Assembly: GCA_000091205.1 (NCBI GenBank)
Contig: AP006497.2
Direction: 5' to 3' (one strand)
From: Cyanidioschyzon merolae
Taxonomy: Eukaryota
Length of the DNA stretch: 64,000 nucleotides
Shown: piece after piece, positions 43,813 to 54,717 of the stretch
Layout: each line of letters begins with the position of its first letter
How positions within the stretch are numbered: position 1 is the stretch's first letter
Made by a program: the position numbers and the translations under genes
The notes under the pieces: generated by a model
The model's database searches: none
Seen by the model: the letters and a program-made list of their open reading frames with translations, nothing else
What the model was told of the DNA's origin: nothing

Positions 43813-45345
43813 TCAGACGTTTTCCGGATGAAATTTGAGCAGCACGCCATCAGCACCCAAGACAAATCCTCGCTGCGAGCCGAAAAATTTGATCTTATAA
43901 AGATTGGCGCCTACTTTGCTCACAAGCGGATCGCGTCGCCATGTTTTGCCGCCATCATCGCTGCGGTACATGCTTCCACCACCAACCGCTGCCCAGACGT
44001 GCCGATCGTCCTGAAAAGCGACATCCAGGATACCGTAGCCACCAGTCTTAGAATCGACCATATCGAAGGCAATCGTCTCAGTTGAATTCAGGTTCACGTT
44101 CGGCTTGGTGAACCCCAGACCGCCGCCCCTGATCGTTTCCCAAATACCTTTGGTAGCGTCATTCTGAATGAAGCCGATTGCGCTGATGCGTCGCGAAGTG
44201 GATCGAGCGTGAGGCGTCCAAAAATCGGATCCCGGCACCCAGGTGAGGAAAAAGTTACCCCTTGAAGGTATCGCGATATAATTCCCGTGAACATCGCGCG
44301 ACACGGAAACGATGCTGCCGGTGAAATAGCTCGCTCCGGTGATACCAGAGGAGATCGTTCGATTCAAGGTAGCATCAATAGTCTCCCGTACCAGCGCCTT
44401 CCAATTGATACCACCATTTTCCGTCACGTAGATGGCACCCGAGCTGGTCACCATTTCAGCGCAGTTCGGACCGAGCGCAGTAACCAGCAGTGGCTCTCCG
44501 GGTAGCTTTGGAGAGAGGAGAATACGTGACCAGTTTTTGCCCCCGTCGGTCGAACGCAACATAACCGGAGGCTTACCTATGACCCAGGCCTCATCTCCAC
44601 TGAAACTCACGTTCGAGAAACGGTAGTTCAGCTCCTCCTCACGCTCGACGTCCTCGAAAGCGCGCGGTTCCCAGGTCTCGCCTCCGTCACGCGTTTCGAG
44701 GACCAGGCCACGAGTCCCTACAAGCCAGCCGTGATTAGGATCCTTCTGGCTGAAGTCTATGTCGAAGAGCACACTCTCCGTCGGCAGCGGCACCTGTTTC
44801 CAGGCGGCGCCTCGCACGGTCTCAGCGAGCGGTGCCGCAACTAGCGCTCCGCTGCGCGGCAAAGCAACAGCTAGCGCGCCAAGAGCTAGGTGATGCAAAA
44901 GTGCTCGTCGCGAAACGCTGAATCCAAGCTGAGACTCAACAACAGTTTCCGTATAGGCGTGTACGCGCTCGCCGTCGCTCATGCAGATACGCCACCGCTG
45001 ACGGTCCCCGCTAGCTCTCTCTGCTGCTGACCTGCTTCGCAGTACCTCCGCGTTACGACACCTGCTTTTGCTGCCGTGTGCCAGCAAGCCAGCAACGTTC
45101 GTGAACGCTACAGATACTGACGTCATCGCCCAATATATCCTGATCAGAGGCCCTTCTAACCACTCACCACCACCGTCCCCTAGGTCGCACAGTGCTTCTA
45201 GTGATGCGATGCAGTACAAGATGCTGGCAGCGATGTGGGCGTGAGCGCTGCGGCTTCGCAGATCGCCGCCGCTGTCGCCGCGGATGCAGCGCATCGAGGA
45301 GCCTCTGCGGCGGTGCGTTGCTAAAGTGTGAAGCGACCTGTGCAT
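43813..45345 (-). CDS. HCF136: photosystem II stability/assembly factor HCF136 (Ycf48 homologue), nuclear-encoded with transit peptide and twin-arginine lumen-targeting signal
   Basis: mature part aligns throughout with HCF136 (…LETRDGGETWEPRAFE…EELNYRFSNVSFSGDEAWVIGKP…STDGGKNWSRI…NGGINWKA…GNFFLTWVPG…SDDGGKTWRRD…ANLYKIKFFG…GFVLGADGVLLKF). Presequence contains SRRALLHHLALGALAVALP…AAPLAE. True start probably an internal Met. Confidence 0.9.
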   Translation of the reverse strand: MHRSLHTLATHRRRGSSMRCIRGDSGGDLRSRSAHAHIAASILYCIASLEALCDLGDGGGEWLEGPLIRIYWAMTSVSVAFTNVAGLLAHGSKSRCRNAEVLRSRSAAERASGDRQRWRICMSDGERVHAYTETVVESQLGFSVSRRALLHHLALGALAVALPRSGALVAAPLAETVRGAAWKQVPLPTESVLFDIDFSQKDPNHGWLVGTRGLVLETRDGGETWEPRAFEDVEREEELNYRFSNVSFSGDEAWVIGKPPVMLRSTDGGKNWSRILLSPKLPGEPLLVTALGPNCAEMVTSSGAIYVTENGGINWKALVRETIDATLNRTISSGITGASYFTGSIVSVSRDVHGNYIAIPSRGNFFLTWVPGSDFWTPHARSTSRRISAIGFIQNDATKGIWETIRGGGLGFTKPNVNLNSTETIAFDMVDSKTGGYGILDVAFQDDRHVWAAVGGGSMYRSDDGGKTWRRDPLVSKVGANLYKIKFFGSQRGFVLGADGVLLKFHPENV

Positions 45346-45974
45346 CGTCGGAGTAGGTGCAGGAGTAGGTATAGGTGTAGAGGTAGGGGGTAGGAGTCAG
45401 TTGCGTCTGGGATAGACTTGACGACATCCACTGCGTCGCTGGATCTAGCCATTATGTCTGCGAGGAACTCTTCTCTGGGATATTGAGATGCACAGGCGCG
45501 TTTCTGGGGCGATCCAAGTCTCTTTCCAGCTCTGCTGAGGCAGCGGATGCACCTCGCGGCGGTATCTGGTTCGATGCATCGATCTGACGGCATGGGAAGA
45601 CTTGCGTGGCCGGTGTCTGCTGAGCCTCGGAATTTTTGGCGGGTCTCGGGGCCAACGTTGCCTCCTGCATGGTTTGGAATCGAAGGTAATTGCGACGCTT
45701 TGCGCATGGTCACGTGGATTAGTTCGCTGGGGCATGGCTATTGCCTCTCGTTCAGACACGCGTATATGGACCGCTTTGCAGGGTGTGCCTGCGTGAAGTA
45801 GACGCTGGACCAATCGGGGGATCCTCCAAGCGTCGAGCCTCTGATATTCGCAGCTGTACTGGCGCTTATGGGGCGTCGACTCGCTTCAAGCTATTGGATC
45901 CGATTTTTCTCCCGAGCGATCGGATGATTGATACTTCCTGTCAGACACACTCGAGTACGCAAATGCTACCAGTA

Positions 45975-46215
45975 ACCGGGACGTCAGCGCCCATTCCCCC
46001 AGGGAGAGAGGCTCTCACGCTGGACCAGTCCCAGTCCAGCTTGCTCGTATGAAGTAGAGGTATGACTCTTCCCGTCTACATGACGCTCGACCAGTAACCA
46101 GAGCCTCAACGTCCATTTCCCCAGAGAGGGAGGGAGAGACTCTGACGCTGGACCAGTCCCAGTCCAGCATGCTCGTATGAAGTAGAGATATGACCGTTCC
46201 CGTCGACACGACGCT
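45975..46215. repeat. ~120-bp imperfect tandem duplication (2 copies)
   Basis: …ccattcccccagggagagaggctctcacgctggaccagtcccagtccagcttgctcgtatgaagtagaggtatgactcttcccgtc… repeated at 46110-46215. Confidence 0.75.
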
Positions 46216-46506
46216 CGACTTGCTGCCTGCTGACGCTTCCTGCTGTATATGATGCGAACGCATCTCGGAGGCGACATCGCATTTAGCACCCAATTTTGGC
46301 GAACGGAGCATCGCGGCGGAATGCACGCTGCGCTCTCACCAGCCCTGCTCTAGCCGTACGTGTGGGGCGGCGAGGTGTCGAACGCTGTGACGTGGAGAGC
46401 GCTGGGCATATCGCTTGATAGGGCGTCATATCCGGAAAAGCGATGCGGTTGCTGTACAGTGGCTTTGTGTAAACGCTTGATAGCGTTGTTTCTTGCTGGA
46501 AGTACA

Positions 46507-46531
46507 GCTTGCTTGCTTGCTTGCTTGCTTG
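46507..46531. repeat. (GCTT)n tetranucleotide microsatellite
   Basis: gcttgcttgcttgcttgcttgcctgc. Confidence 0.9.
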
Positions 46532-46847
46532 CCTGCAGGTGCTCCACGAGAGACTGAGCACGCTCACGTCGTTACCCGGGTATAGCGTTGCGGTAGCTGC
46601 TGACTTTGTCCTGGAAGCCTGGATTTTGTGCGCGTTTCTAGTGATCGCGCGCTCGTTGGTACAGAAATCTTGTCAATCTGTGCTGTCTAAGTGTGCATTA
46701 ATCACGCCTTGGTCGCAAGGGTTTGGGCTTGAACAAGGAAGCGCGGACGCTGGGGTTTGCGCCACAGTTCTCGGTGGGGGACACGCTTGCGGTGCTTGAC
46801 AGCCGCACCTACACAGTAGAGAAGCGATTGATGCTCTTTCGCCGAAC

Positions 46848-48215
46848 ATGGCCGCTTACGTTTGGCGCTGTAAATTTGAGAGGTTTCCGTTTCGGAGCCT
46901 TCGGGAATGCCTCGATGAGGACAGCGGGAGCTGTACGTGTTGCTTTCGACGCTGGAGCTCGAGTGCTGAGTACTCGAGCGGCAGAGAGAGTTTTTCGGAA
47001 GATTGGAAAGACCGTACACGTGATGCATCGGAGTTGACGGGAAAGCGGAAGTACCCACGCGAGGCGCAGCCTGTTCGGATATGGACCAATCCCCGAGAAT
47101 ACGCGTTTTCAGAGTCATGGCTATCCAGCGATAGTGCCTTCGACTTGATTGCTATGGATGCGCAAGGGCGCCTAAGCACGTACCACTGGCACCGACGTCG
47201 GCTCCTACATGAGCTAAGTACGAACAGCTCAAGCACGCGACGAGCATCATTTACTGAAGCCGATTCCCGCAGCTCACCGGTACCGCATTCACAGTCGGAC
47301 TGGGAAAGCAGAGCCGCAATCTTGCAGTCACGTGATTTGCGGTTGCTGAATCCGATCTATCGAGACCAACCCGTATTTTTGATGCGTTCTGACCTGATTT
47401 TAGCTGCACTAGATCGTCATGTGTTGGCAATCATGCAACCAGGCAGACTTTTCCTGCAGCAACTAGCGTGCCCCGAATCGAAGTCTCTGAATGACCGCCT
47501 GATTCAGTGGATCCGCGTACGGCTGAGTGAGCACGGCAATGCATTCGAAGTGGTCGCTCTCGAAGCTCTGTTGGTGCTTGCCCACGAAACCCTCGCGCGA
47601 CGAGCGAATGTGGTCAAACTGGCACTTGAGGAGCGTCTTGCACCGTTCGCGAGTCACCCGAACAAGCGCTTACTCGAGGAAATCCGCGTGTTGAAACGTG
47701 AACTCGCCTCTGTGGCTACCGAGGCGCAAAACTACAGTGCCGCGTTGGAACGCGTGCTCGGTGACGATTTGCCGTGGCATATCGCTGAAATGACGCTTGT
47801 AGTGGCGTCATCTGGCGATATGCTGACAACGAGTAGCGATCTGGAATCGCTTTTGGAGAGCAGTATGCAAAAGTTTCGGGGCTGGAGCCGCCTCGCAAAC
47901 GAGTTATGCCATCGGGTCGGGAATGCGGAGCAGATTATTGAGTTGAGTTTAGCAGTCACGCAGATGCGCCTATGGTCGTTCGATGCCCTACTTCACCTCG
48001 TTACCGTGTCAGCGTTCCTGATAATGATTCCACCCGATTATTTCGGGATGAGCATCTGGATTCCGGTCTATGATCGTGTAGATATCTACTGGCCGTGGCT
48101 TCTTACTACGTTCCTTTTAATGTTGCTCAGTTTCGGATTCCTCGGGACTGGAATTTGGATACTTCGCAGAAAGAAGCTCCTGTTCCCTTTATTTAAATCG
48201 CGGGTAGATCATTAG
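46848..48215 (+). CDS. CorA/Mrs2-like divalent-metal transporter (putative) with variant GMS in place of the GMN selectivity motif
   Basis: C-terminal two-TM architecture …VSAFLIMIPPDYFGMSIWIPVYD…YWPWLLTTFLLMLLSFGFLGTGIWILRRKKLL matching the CorA pattern (P-x6-(Y/F)GMN after TM1, basic tail after TM2); N-terminal part weakly conserved. Confidence 0.5.
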   Translation: MAAYVWRCKFERFPFRSLRECLDEDSGSCTCCFRRWSSSAEYSSGRESFSEDWKDRTRDASELTGKRKYPREAQPVRIWTNPREYAFSESWLSSDSAFDLIAMDAQGRLSTYHWHRRRLLHELSTNSSSTRRASFTEADSRSSPVPHSQSDWESRAAILQSRDLRLLNPIYRDQPVFLMRSDLILAALDRHVLAIMQPGRLFLQQLACPESKSLNDRLIQWIRVRLSEHGNAFEVVALEALLVLAHETLARRANVVKLALEERLAPFASHPNKRLLEEIRVLKRELASVATEAQNYSAALERVLGDDLPWHIAEMTLVVASSGDMLTTSSDLESLLESSMQKFRGWSRLANELCHRVGNAEQIIELSLAVTQMRLWSFDALLHLVTVSAFLIMIPPDYFGMSIWIPVYDRVDIYWPWLLTTFLLMLLSFGFLGTGIWILRRKKLLFPLFKSRVDH

Positions 48216-49299
48216 GGTTCAGGGTTGATCGCAGCGCCGAGACGCTGTTGACGTAAAGCGCGTAGCAACTGGCTGCGGTGCATTGCACGAAACCTGGAGA
48301 TTGATATCAAGTGCGTATCATCTGGGTGCTGTGTTCGCTTGAAACCGATCCCGCTACGCTGGAGCGCTCACCGTCGGGACGTTAGGCTCTCCAGGATATG
48401 CACATCACAGATCTCGTGGCCTGATAGCGATCGCTTTCACAAGTGGTGGCGCGCACCAGCCGACCATTTTCTTCGGTGTAAGATCCAAAAACCAAACCGG
48501 GATCTCCCCGAATGCACCACAGCATTCGCCAATGCGGGAATCGAACATCGCTCCACTCCATATAGCGTTATGTTTCAGAAAGCCCGGACCGGCTTTCACA
48601 AATCCATACCCCAAAGGAAGTTGCACTAGGGCGACACTGCGGCGACCGAGTACCTGGCGCGTCATCTTTATTCATGAGGTCGCAGCGTGCCATCGGACGG
48701 TTGCGTGTGGGTGATCCCGCTGACCTCTCATTGCAGTTTGCGTATGCGAGAAAGTCGCTTTCTGGAGTTGACCGCATACCCCTTGCAGGATGATGCGCCG
48801 CATCATCAACATATGGGGCTGGTTCCGCGGTGCAATGATGACTCGAAACCTATCGAGTAGGGCAGGAGGTATGCCCACCAGCCCCAGAAACAAGCCAGTA
48901 TGCCACATGCATGTTCTCTCCAGCGAATAGATCCCTTGCTGGAAAGTCGCCAGATAAGGATACGGCAAAGCCAAGGTTGCTTGTGGAGGCAGCGCACCAT
49001 TTCCAAACTTCTCGAGCAGAAGAGCGGTGGCGGACCTCGTCCATGCGTCCACGGTAACTTATGCTGTATCGCATTCGATGCTCTGAACGAGCGGACCAGT
49101 TTGACCAGTGGGAGCACTCCAGCTCCAAATGAATGCAGATAGTGTTTTGGCCCCGTGGCCTGGCATCACCACACGCGGACTTCATCAAGACACGGCACAA
49201 ACGAGCGGCAACATCCAGAACAATGCATTTCCGCTCCGGAATGCTGGTGAGAAACCGCCATGACGGACAATCGAAAGCCCGACATTCTATTGCGTCTAA

Positions 49300-49640
49300 C
49301 ACATTTACGATCATGCGCCACCCAAGTACGCGCACAGTCGTCCATGCAGTGTTCAGCACCTGGAGCGAACGCAGCAAATGAGACTCCAGCGCAAGTCACA
49401 TACACTAGTACGCGCACAGTGGTCCATGCAGTGTTCAGCGCTTGGAGCGAACGCAGCAAATGAGACTCCTGCGCAAGTCACATACACTAGTACGCGCACA
49501 GTGGTCCATGCAGTGTTCAGCGCTTGGAGCGAACGCAGCAAATGAGACTCCTGCGCAAGTCACATACACCAGTACGCGCACAGTGGTCCATGCAGTGTTC
49601 AGCGCTTGGAGCGAACGCAGCAAATGAGACTCCTGCGCAA
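49300..49640. repeat. tandem repeat, 82-bp unit x ~4
   Basis: unit cgcacagtggtccatgcagtgttcagcgcttggagcgaacgcagcaaatgagactcctgcgcaagtcacatacactagta; overlapping ORFs on both strands offset by 82 bp. Confidence 0.9.
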
Positions 49641-49998
49641 GTCAGATACACAAGTAGGCACATGTAAGCGCGCGTCCATCGGATCGCTTGACGCGTTATG
49701 GGCGCACCCTGCCGTTCCGTCCGCATAGACACGTTCATGATCTCGACGTTGGAGATAAGTTGAACAAAGGCCCATATTTCTGGACTATCCCCACGGCGCC
49801 TACTCCAGATCTTGCAAAGCACACGGGCGCGAGGGTCTCGGGTTCCGCGCAGTGCACCCGGCGACGCGGGGGTTGCATGTCCATCGAGACATATTTGTAC
49901 AACTGTGGAGGTGCATCCCAGCGCCTCGATGGGCGCACGCTGTATCGAGTCAACAGGCTTTTATTCTCTAGTATTGGTGTGCGCTACCGCGTGCCCTT

Positions 49999-52716
49999 GT
50001 GCAAACGCGCACGTTGGTGAACACTATGGAAAAATTTGCGGATAATATTCCTGAAGAGGACCTGTCAGCCCTGGTGGAACTGGTTGAGGAGGGTGAAATC
50101 ACGTCGGAGGAGTTGGTGCAGCAACTGCAGCGCGCAGACTTGGGTGACCTCTCAGCGGAAGACGTCTACGAGCGCGTTTCGCGCTGGTTGGAGCGCCAGG
50201 ATCTCGCCGAAAACGTGCACGAATCTGTGGGTAGCGATGAGCCGGTTGAAGCACAGCCAGCTCCACAGATCGAGACTGACGTCAGGTCGGGTGAGGCACC
50301 GCGTGCCGTGACATCGAGTGCAACTAGTGACGCGCTGCTCGTGAGCCTTCTCCAAAAGGTACGCCAGCGACAACGCTTCTACGCTTCGCAGGCGGAACGG
50401 GTTGGTGCGGAGCTCAAACGCCTGCGCCGCCTTCTCCTCGACGAGCTGCGGCCGGGTTTGGAGGCGATTCACTCGGAAGCTCTAGATCGCCTTACAGAGT
50501 TGGCTGGTGATATCGGGGAACTTCGCTCGATACGCGATGAACTGCTCCAGCGTCGGGAAGAACGTTTACGAGAGCAGCTTGCAAGCGCTTCTGCAATGGC
50601 GAATACGCTCGAGAATGAACTGACCGAAGCGCTTAAGGAGGACGACGGCGAACGTGCTGCAAATTGCATGCTGCGTATCGAGGCGCTGTCGCAGGAAATC
50701 GAGGAGACACTAGGGCTGTCGCCTGGACAGATTGCAAAGGCCCGGCGGATGGCTCTCGAGCGCTACCGCACCTGGGTCTATAAGAGATGTGGAGCGTACC
50801 TCAATCGTCTGGGTCCGTGGCCGTCTAATCCGGACGCTGCTTTTTTGCGCAGACTGGAGGCGAGTGAGATCGCTGCTCGAATTCGAGCTTTAGCACAGCA
50901 GTCTGTGCGCGTGTTCCGGGGTCCAGATGCTGCCGGTTTCTACGGAGGCACGCTTAACGAAGAGGATGACCGCCGGAGTGCAACTAGTGAGTACAGTGGT
51001 TCCACCGCACATCGAGCTTCTGGACGCGATCGTCGCTACTTCGAGCACTGCTTCCTGCAGACCCAGGTAGCTGCGTTTGAAAAGGCGTTTCGCGAGGCCA
51101 TTCGCGCACCACCCGTACAAGCGAGCTCGGAGTCCAAGTTGTCTGTTGAGCAAGGAGCCCAGAAAGTTTCAAGCCAAGTCAGCGAGACAACGCCCAGCAG
51201 AGCAGTAATCGATTTCGCTGTTCACTATTTGAAAGAGTTTGCTGAGCGTTATCGACCGCTTTTGCGAGTCGTGTTTGATGGCATGGACGAAGACGTAGAT
51301 TTATTGGTCGAGTCCATGGTTCATGAGTTCATGGCGACCATCGCTGAAGTTGTATTTGCAGAGTTGGAGAACCGTTACAGTTTCGGTGAGGCCGAAGAGG
51401 ATAACGCGCGCCCAGCTTCAGGAATCTCGCACCTCTACGCGCATACATTGCAGCTGGTTGACGCGTTGGTAACGTTTGATCGAGATATGGCGTTGATAAT
51501 TGTCTCGGAGAATCACTCCTTAATGCATTCCTGGATGGAGGCGGAATTCCAAAGCGCGCTAAACAGGTTCGAAACCGCGCTGCGAACTCCTGGCGCTCTC
51601 GGTATCGTGATCCCCGGAACTGCAGCCTCCAGCGACCAACTTGACCTGCTCACCAAGGGTCGAGCCATTCTGGATTCATTTGCAGGTCATCAAAACCGCG
51701 CAACGACCGCTGCAGCGCTGCAGCTGGATGCCCTTCAACAGGCATCTCTAATCGGAGAAACGCTGCATTCCTTGGCGACCAGATGTCGAGCATTACCGCC
51801 ACATCCTCACCGTGCCCGTTACCGTTTTGCACAGTCTGTGATCGCTCCTCTTATCGGGTGGATCATGGCACAAATTCATTACCTGATGACCGAGACTGAA
51901 GCGCAATGTGCGACAAGTCTTCAAGCATCCATGCATGCAAGCGGGGCGCCCTCGGCGGAACGCTTCAAAGACTGTTACCTTTTGAGTGCGGATGCCTTGT
52001 ATCGGACGCTTTCCTATGCGGCGGCTGCCTACTTGCTTGCCGAGGATATTCGCCAACGAGTCGAAATATACCTCTACGAATTGGAGTTCAGCAACGCACC
52101 CGATCAAGGACCCGACAGCGAGCTCGAGTCCGAGAATGAGCAGAGCGCGCGCAGTGACGTGGTTGGCGCAGGCAATCCCTACGACGCCATCACCGCTGAG
52201 GTGACTGCTTTGCGCAAACTCTCAAGCAAAGCACTCGCTTCGTATGCTGACACGGTCACTGATATGCTAGCACCGTGCTTCCTTGAAGCTGACGCCGATG
52301 CGTCTCTAGCGACGCCGGCGCTGGTTGCGGCAGCGATGAGTACCATCCAGGATCTTGTTGCTTTGAGCGAGCTTCTCCTGCGTGGACACAGAACGCTGCT
52401 TCTCTGGCTATGGGCACCGTTCTTCCTTCAGCTCGATGCGAAATTGGCGATGTTCATTGCCCAGTGGCGACAGCAGCTGCAGGAGGCGAACGAAGCATCG
52501 CAGCCATTGCACAGCGCACGCGCGCACCACGAGTCAGAGGCACGTTCCATGCAGCAGAGTTTTGGCGCCTCCAAGCATACAGCACTTCCTATCCAAGCGG
52601 GTACTGTGCAGCAGCTTGCTGATTTTGCTGCTGCACATTTCCAGCTACGCCACACGCCACTGCATCAGACCCGCTTGGCACTTGAGCATATGCTCCAGTT
52701 CAGCGCTTCGGAGTGA
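49999..52716 (+). CDS. large hypothetical alpha-helical/coiled-coil protein (905 aa). The same frame continues for a further 172 codons (52717-53235) after a single TGA.
   Basis: long ORF with coding-like composition; no recognisable catalytic motifs. Confidence 0.5.
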   Translation: MQTRTLVNTMEKFADNIPEEDLSALVELVEEGEITSEELVQQLQRADLGDLSAEDVYERVSRWLERQDLAENVHESVGSDEPVEAQPAPQIETDVRSGEAPRAVTSSATSDALLVSLLQKVRQRQRFYASQAERVGAELKRLRRLLLDELRPGLEAIHSEALDRLTELAGDIGELRSIRDELLQRREERLREQLASASAMANTLENELTEALKEDDGERAANCMLRIEALSQEIEETLGLSPGQIAKARRMALERYRTWVYKRCGAYLNRLGPWPSNPDAAFLRRLEASEIAARIRALAQQSVRVFRGPDAAGFYGGTLNEEDDRRSATSEYSGSTAHRASGRDRRYFEHCFLQTQVAAFEKAFREAIRAPPVQASSESKLSVEQGAQKVSSQVSETTPSRAVIDFAVHYLKEFAERYRPLLRVVFDGMDEDVDLLVESMVHEFMATIAEVVFAELENRYSFGEAEEDNARPASGISHLYAHTLQLVDALVTFDRDMALIIVSENHSLMHSWMEAEFQSALNRFETALRTPGALGIVIPGTAASSDQLDLLTKGRAILDSFAGHQNRATTAAALQLDALQQASLIGETLHSLATRCRALPPHPHRARYRFAQSVIAPLIGWIMAQIHYLMTETEAQCATSLQASMHASGAPSAERFKDCYLLSADALYRTLSYAAAAYLLAEDIRQRVEIYLYELEFSNAPDQGPDSELESENEQSARSDVVGAGNPYDAITAEVTALRKLSSKALASYADTVTDMLAPCFLEADADASLATPALVAAAMSTIQDLVALSELLLRGHRTLLLWLWAPFFLQLDAKLAMFIAQWRQQLQEANEASQPLHSARAHHESEARSMQQSFGASKHTALPIQAGTVQQLADFAAAHFQLRHTPLHQTRLALEHMLQFSASE

Positions 52717-53435
52717 TTGCGGGAAACGAAAGATGTATCGCCGTCGCAGTGCGGATTTTTTGATGCGCTTGCCGCAGATGATTCATATGCTGTATCTGAA
52801 TATCATGCGCAGACCGTTCAGCGACTAGCATTTCGTGCCTTGACCCAAACGAGACAAACCTTGGGAGTTCTAGATGCCAACGTCTTAGACGCGGCGTGTT
52901 GCTCACTCCTGCAACCTGTTCAGCGCACGAGAAAGGCGCTGGATCACACCAGTCGCCTTAGGTCTGTCCTTGACTTGGTATTTATGTCGGGAATTTCAGA
53001 CCCTGTTCGCCTCGTTTCATACCTGCTACTCGTCGAAGAAGAATTCGAAGCACTCCATTCGGGGTCATGTCCAACGAACACAGCGCTCAGTGTCGCCTTT
53101 CTCCTATTCGTGTCGTGCTCTAAAGCATCCTCGCCAGCGGGCAAGGTACTGTTTTTGTCTCCTGCAGATTCCTCATCCTTCGCGGACATCGTGTCTGAGC
53201 AACTCGTTCTCGTGCACGTCAAGCTCTTTGCCTGATGTCTTTTTTCGTGTCTAGCATCGACGATTGACATCAGGTCTTCCCGAATGCACTCACAGCTACA
53301 GCCGGTAGCCAGGTGCAAGAACTTTGCCGCCAATGGAGAAACTCCCGGTACACGGAGGCATCTTGCACGCGGAGTTGTTCCACGGACAAACATGCGCAGT
53401 GAGCAGGTCGCTGATGCACCACGGCGACGCGTTTA

Positions 53436-54605
53436 CTAGTCAGCTGGATCGGTGCGATAGCGTGCGGCTTCCGTGTCGTACCACGGAAAACCGACAATAT
53501 CCCGAACCTGTTCGAAATCCATCAGATGCGGAGCGACTTTCTCGGGATTCCCGGACTGCAACGCTGACAAGGCAGCTTGCATGGCTTTCATGGAAGCCGC
53601 CAGGAGCGTCAGCGGATAAGCAGCGATTCGATAACCCATGCTTTCGAGCGTTTTCGCTGGGAGCATCGGGGTCATCCCATTCTCCAGCATATTCGCCAAC
53701 ATGGGAACACCGGCGAACGTTTTCGTGAAGCGCTCCATATCTGCCACGGAGCGCGGTGCCTCTAAAAAAAGCACGTCGGCGCCAAGCTCCAGAGCCTTGT
53801 CTAGTCGCCAGAGAGCCTCATCGAGTCCGTGGGTGGCTATCGCATCGGTACGCGCGACAATGACGATGTCCTCGAACTCGTTGCGAGCATCGATGGCTGC
53901 CCGCCAGCGCTGCACCGCCTCGCTGCGTTCAACCACGGCTTTGCCGCGCGTGTGTCCACAGCGCTTCGGATTGACTTGATCTTCAATCAGGATACCAGCC
54001 AGACCGGCCAGAGCGAATCCTCTAACGGTACGCTTGACGCTCACCGGGTTTCCGTAACCAGTGTCGCCGTCGCCAATGACTGGATAGCTTGCGGGGAGCA
54101 CTTCCATGATGGAGGCCGCGCGGTCGCGAATCTCACCAAAGGACAGCAAGCCTGTGTCTGGAAGCCCAAAGCTCGCAGCGACCCCGAATCCGGTCATGAA
54201 ACTCAGCGGAAATGCTGCAGAGCAGATCATTTTCGCAGAGAGCCCATCGAAGCAGCAAGGCATAAGATGCAGTTTCGGCGTTTGAAGCAGGAGACGCAAG
54301 CGCTCCACCGCTTCCATTCGTCCCGAACGAGCAGTGCGTTCGAGCTGGCTGGGATGCAAGCTCTCTCCGGCAGCATCTGCAACAGCCACAAGCCGCCCTC
54401 GTCGCCACGAGTGAGACGATCGCTCGAACAGCGCCAGAGCGCTCCTCAGGCCCGCTGAGGGAAGGAGCGTACGCGGGCCCTTTCTGGTGCGCCGCTGACC
54501 CCACAATGAATTGTAGTCTACGACATGTCCCGAGATCGTGAACATGTTTTCTCGTGCAGGTGGTAAACGGCGTTCCAAGCGAGCTAGCCTCTGCAGTGCG
54601 AACAC
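53436..54605 (-). CDS. PEP mutase/isocitrate lyase-superfamily enzyme (2-methylisocitrate lyase / carboxyvinyl-carboxyphosphonate phosphorylmutase-like), with ~95 aa N-terminal presequence
   Basis: …MPCCFDGLSAKMI…YPVIGDGDTGYGNPVSVKRTVRGFALAGLAGILIEDQVNPKRCGHTRGKAVV…IVARTDA…GADVLFLEAP. Confidence 0.85.
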   Translation of the reverse strand: MFALQRLARLERRLPPARENMFTISGHVVDYNSLWGQRRTRKGPRTLLPSAGLRSALALFERSSHSWRRGRLVAVADAAGESLHPSQLERTARSGRMEAVERLRLLLQTPKLHLMPCCFDGLSAKMICSAAFPLSFMTGFGVAASFGLPDTGLLSFGEIRDRAASIMEVLPASYPVIGDGDTGYGNPVSVKRTVRGFALAGLAGILIEDQVNPKRCGHTRGKAVVERSEAVQRWRAAIDARNEFEDIVIVARTDAIATHGLDEALWRLDKALELGADVLFLEAPRSVADMERFTKTFAGVPMLANMLENGMTPMLPAKTLESMGYRIAAYPLTLLAASMKAMQAALSALQSGNPEKVAPHLMDFEQVRDIVGFPWYDTEAARYRTDPAD

Positions 54606-54717
54606 GCCTGAGGAGGGCGCATCGACACTGTGCCCGTTCAGACGAGCGCATCTGCCGCATGCCTCGTCAGCGTGGTGCTCTAGGGTGGTTTACGATCATC
54701 ACGCTTTCAGCGTTCCG
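54606..54717. promoter_or_regulatory. short divergent intergenic region (112 bp) between the PEP-mutase-like gene (-) and the GST gene (+); likely bidirectional promoter
   Basis: inferred from head-to-head gene arrangement only. Confidence 0.3.
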
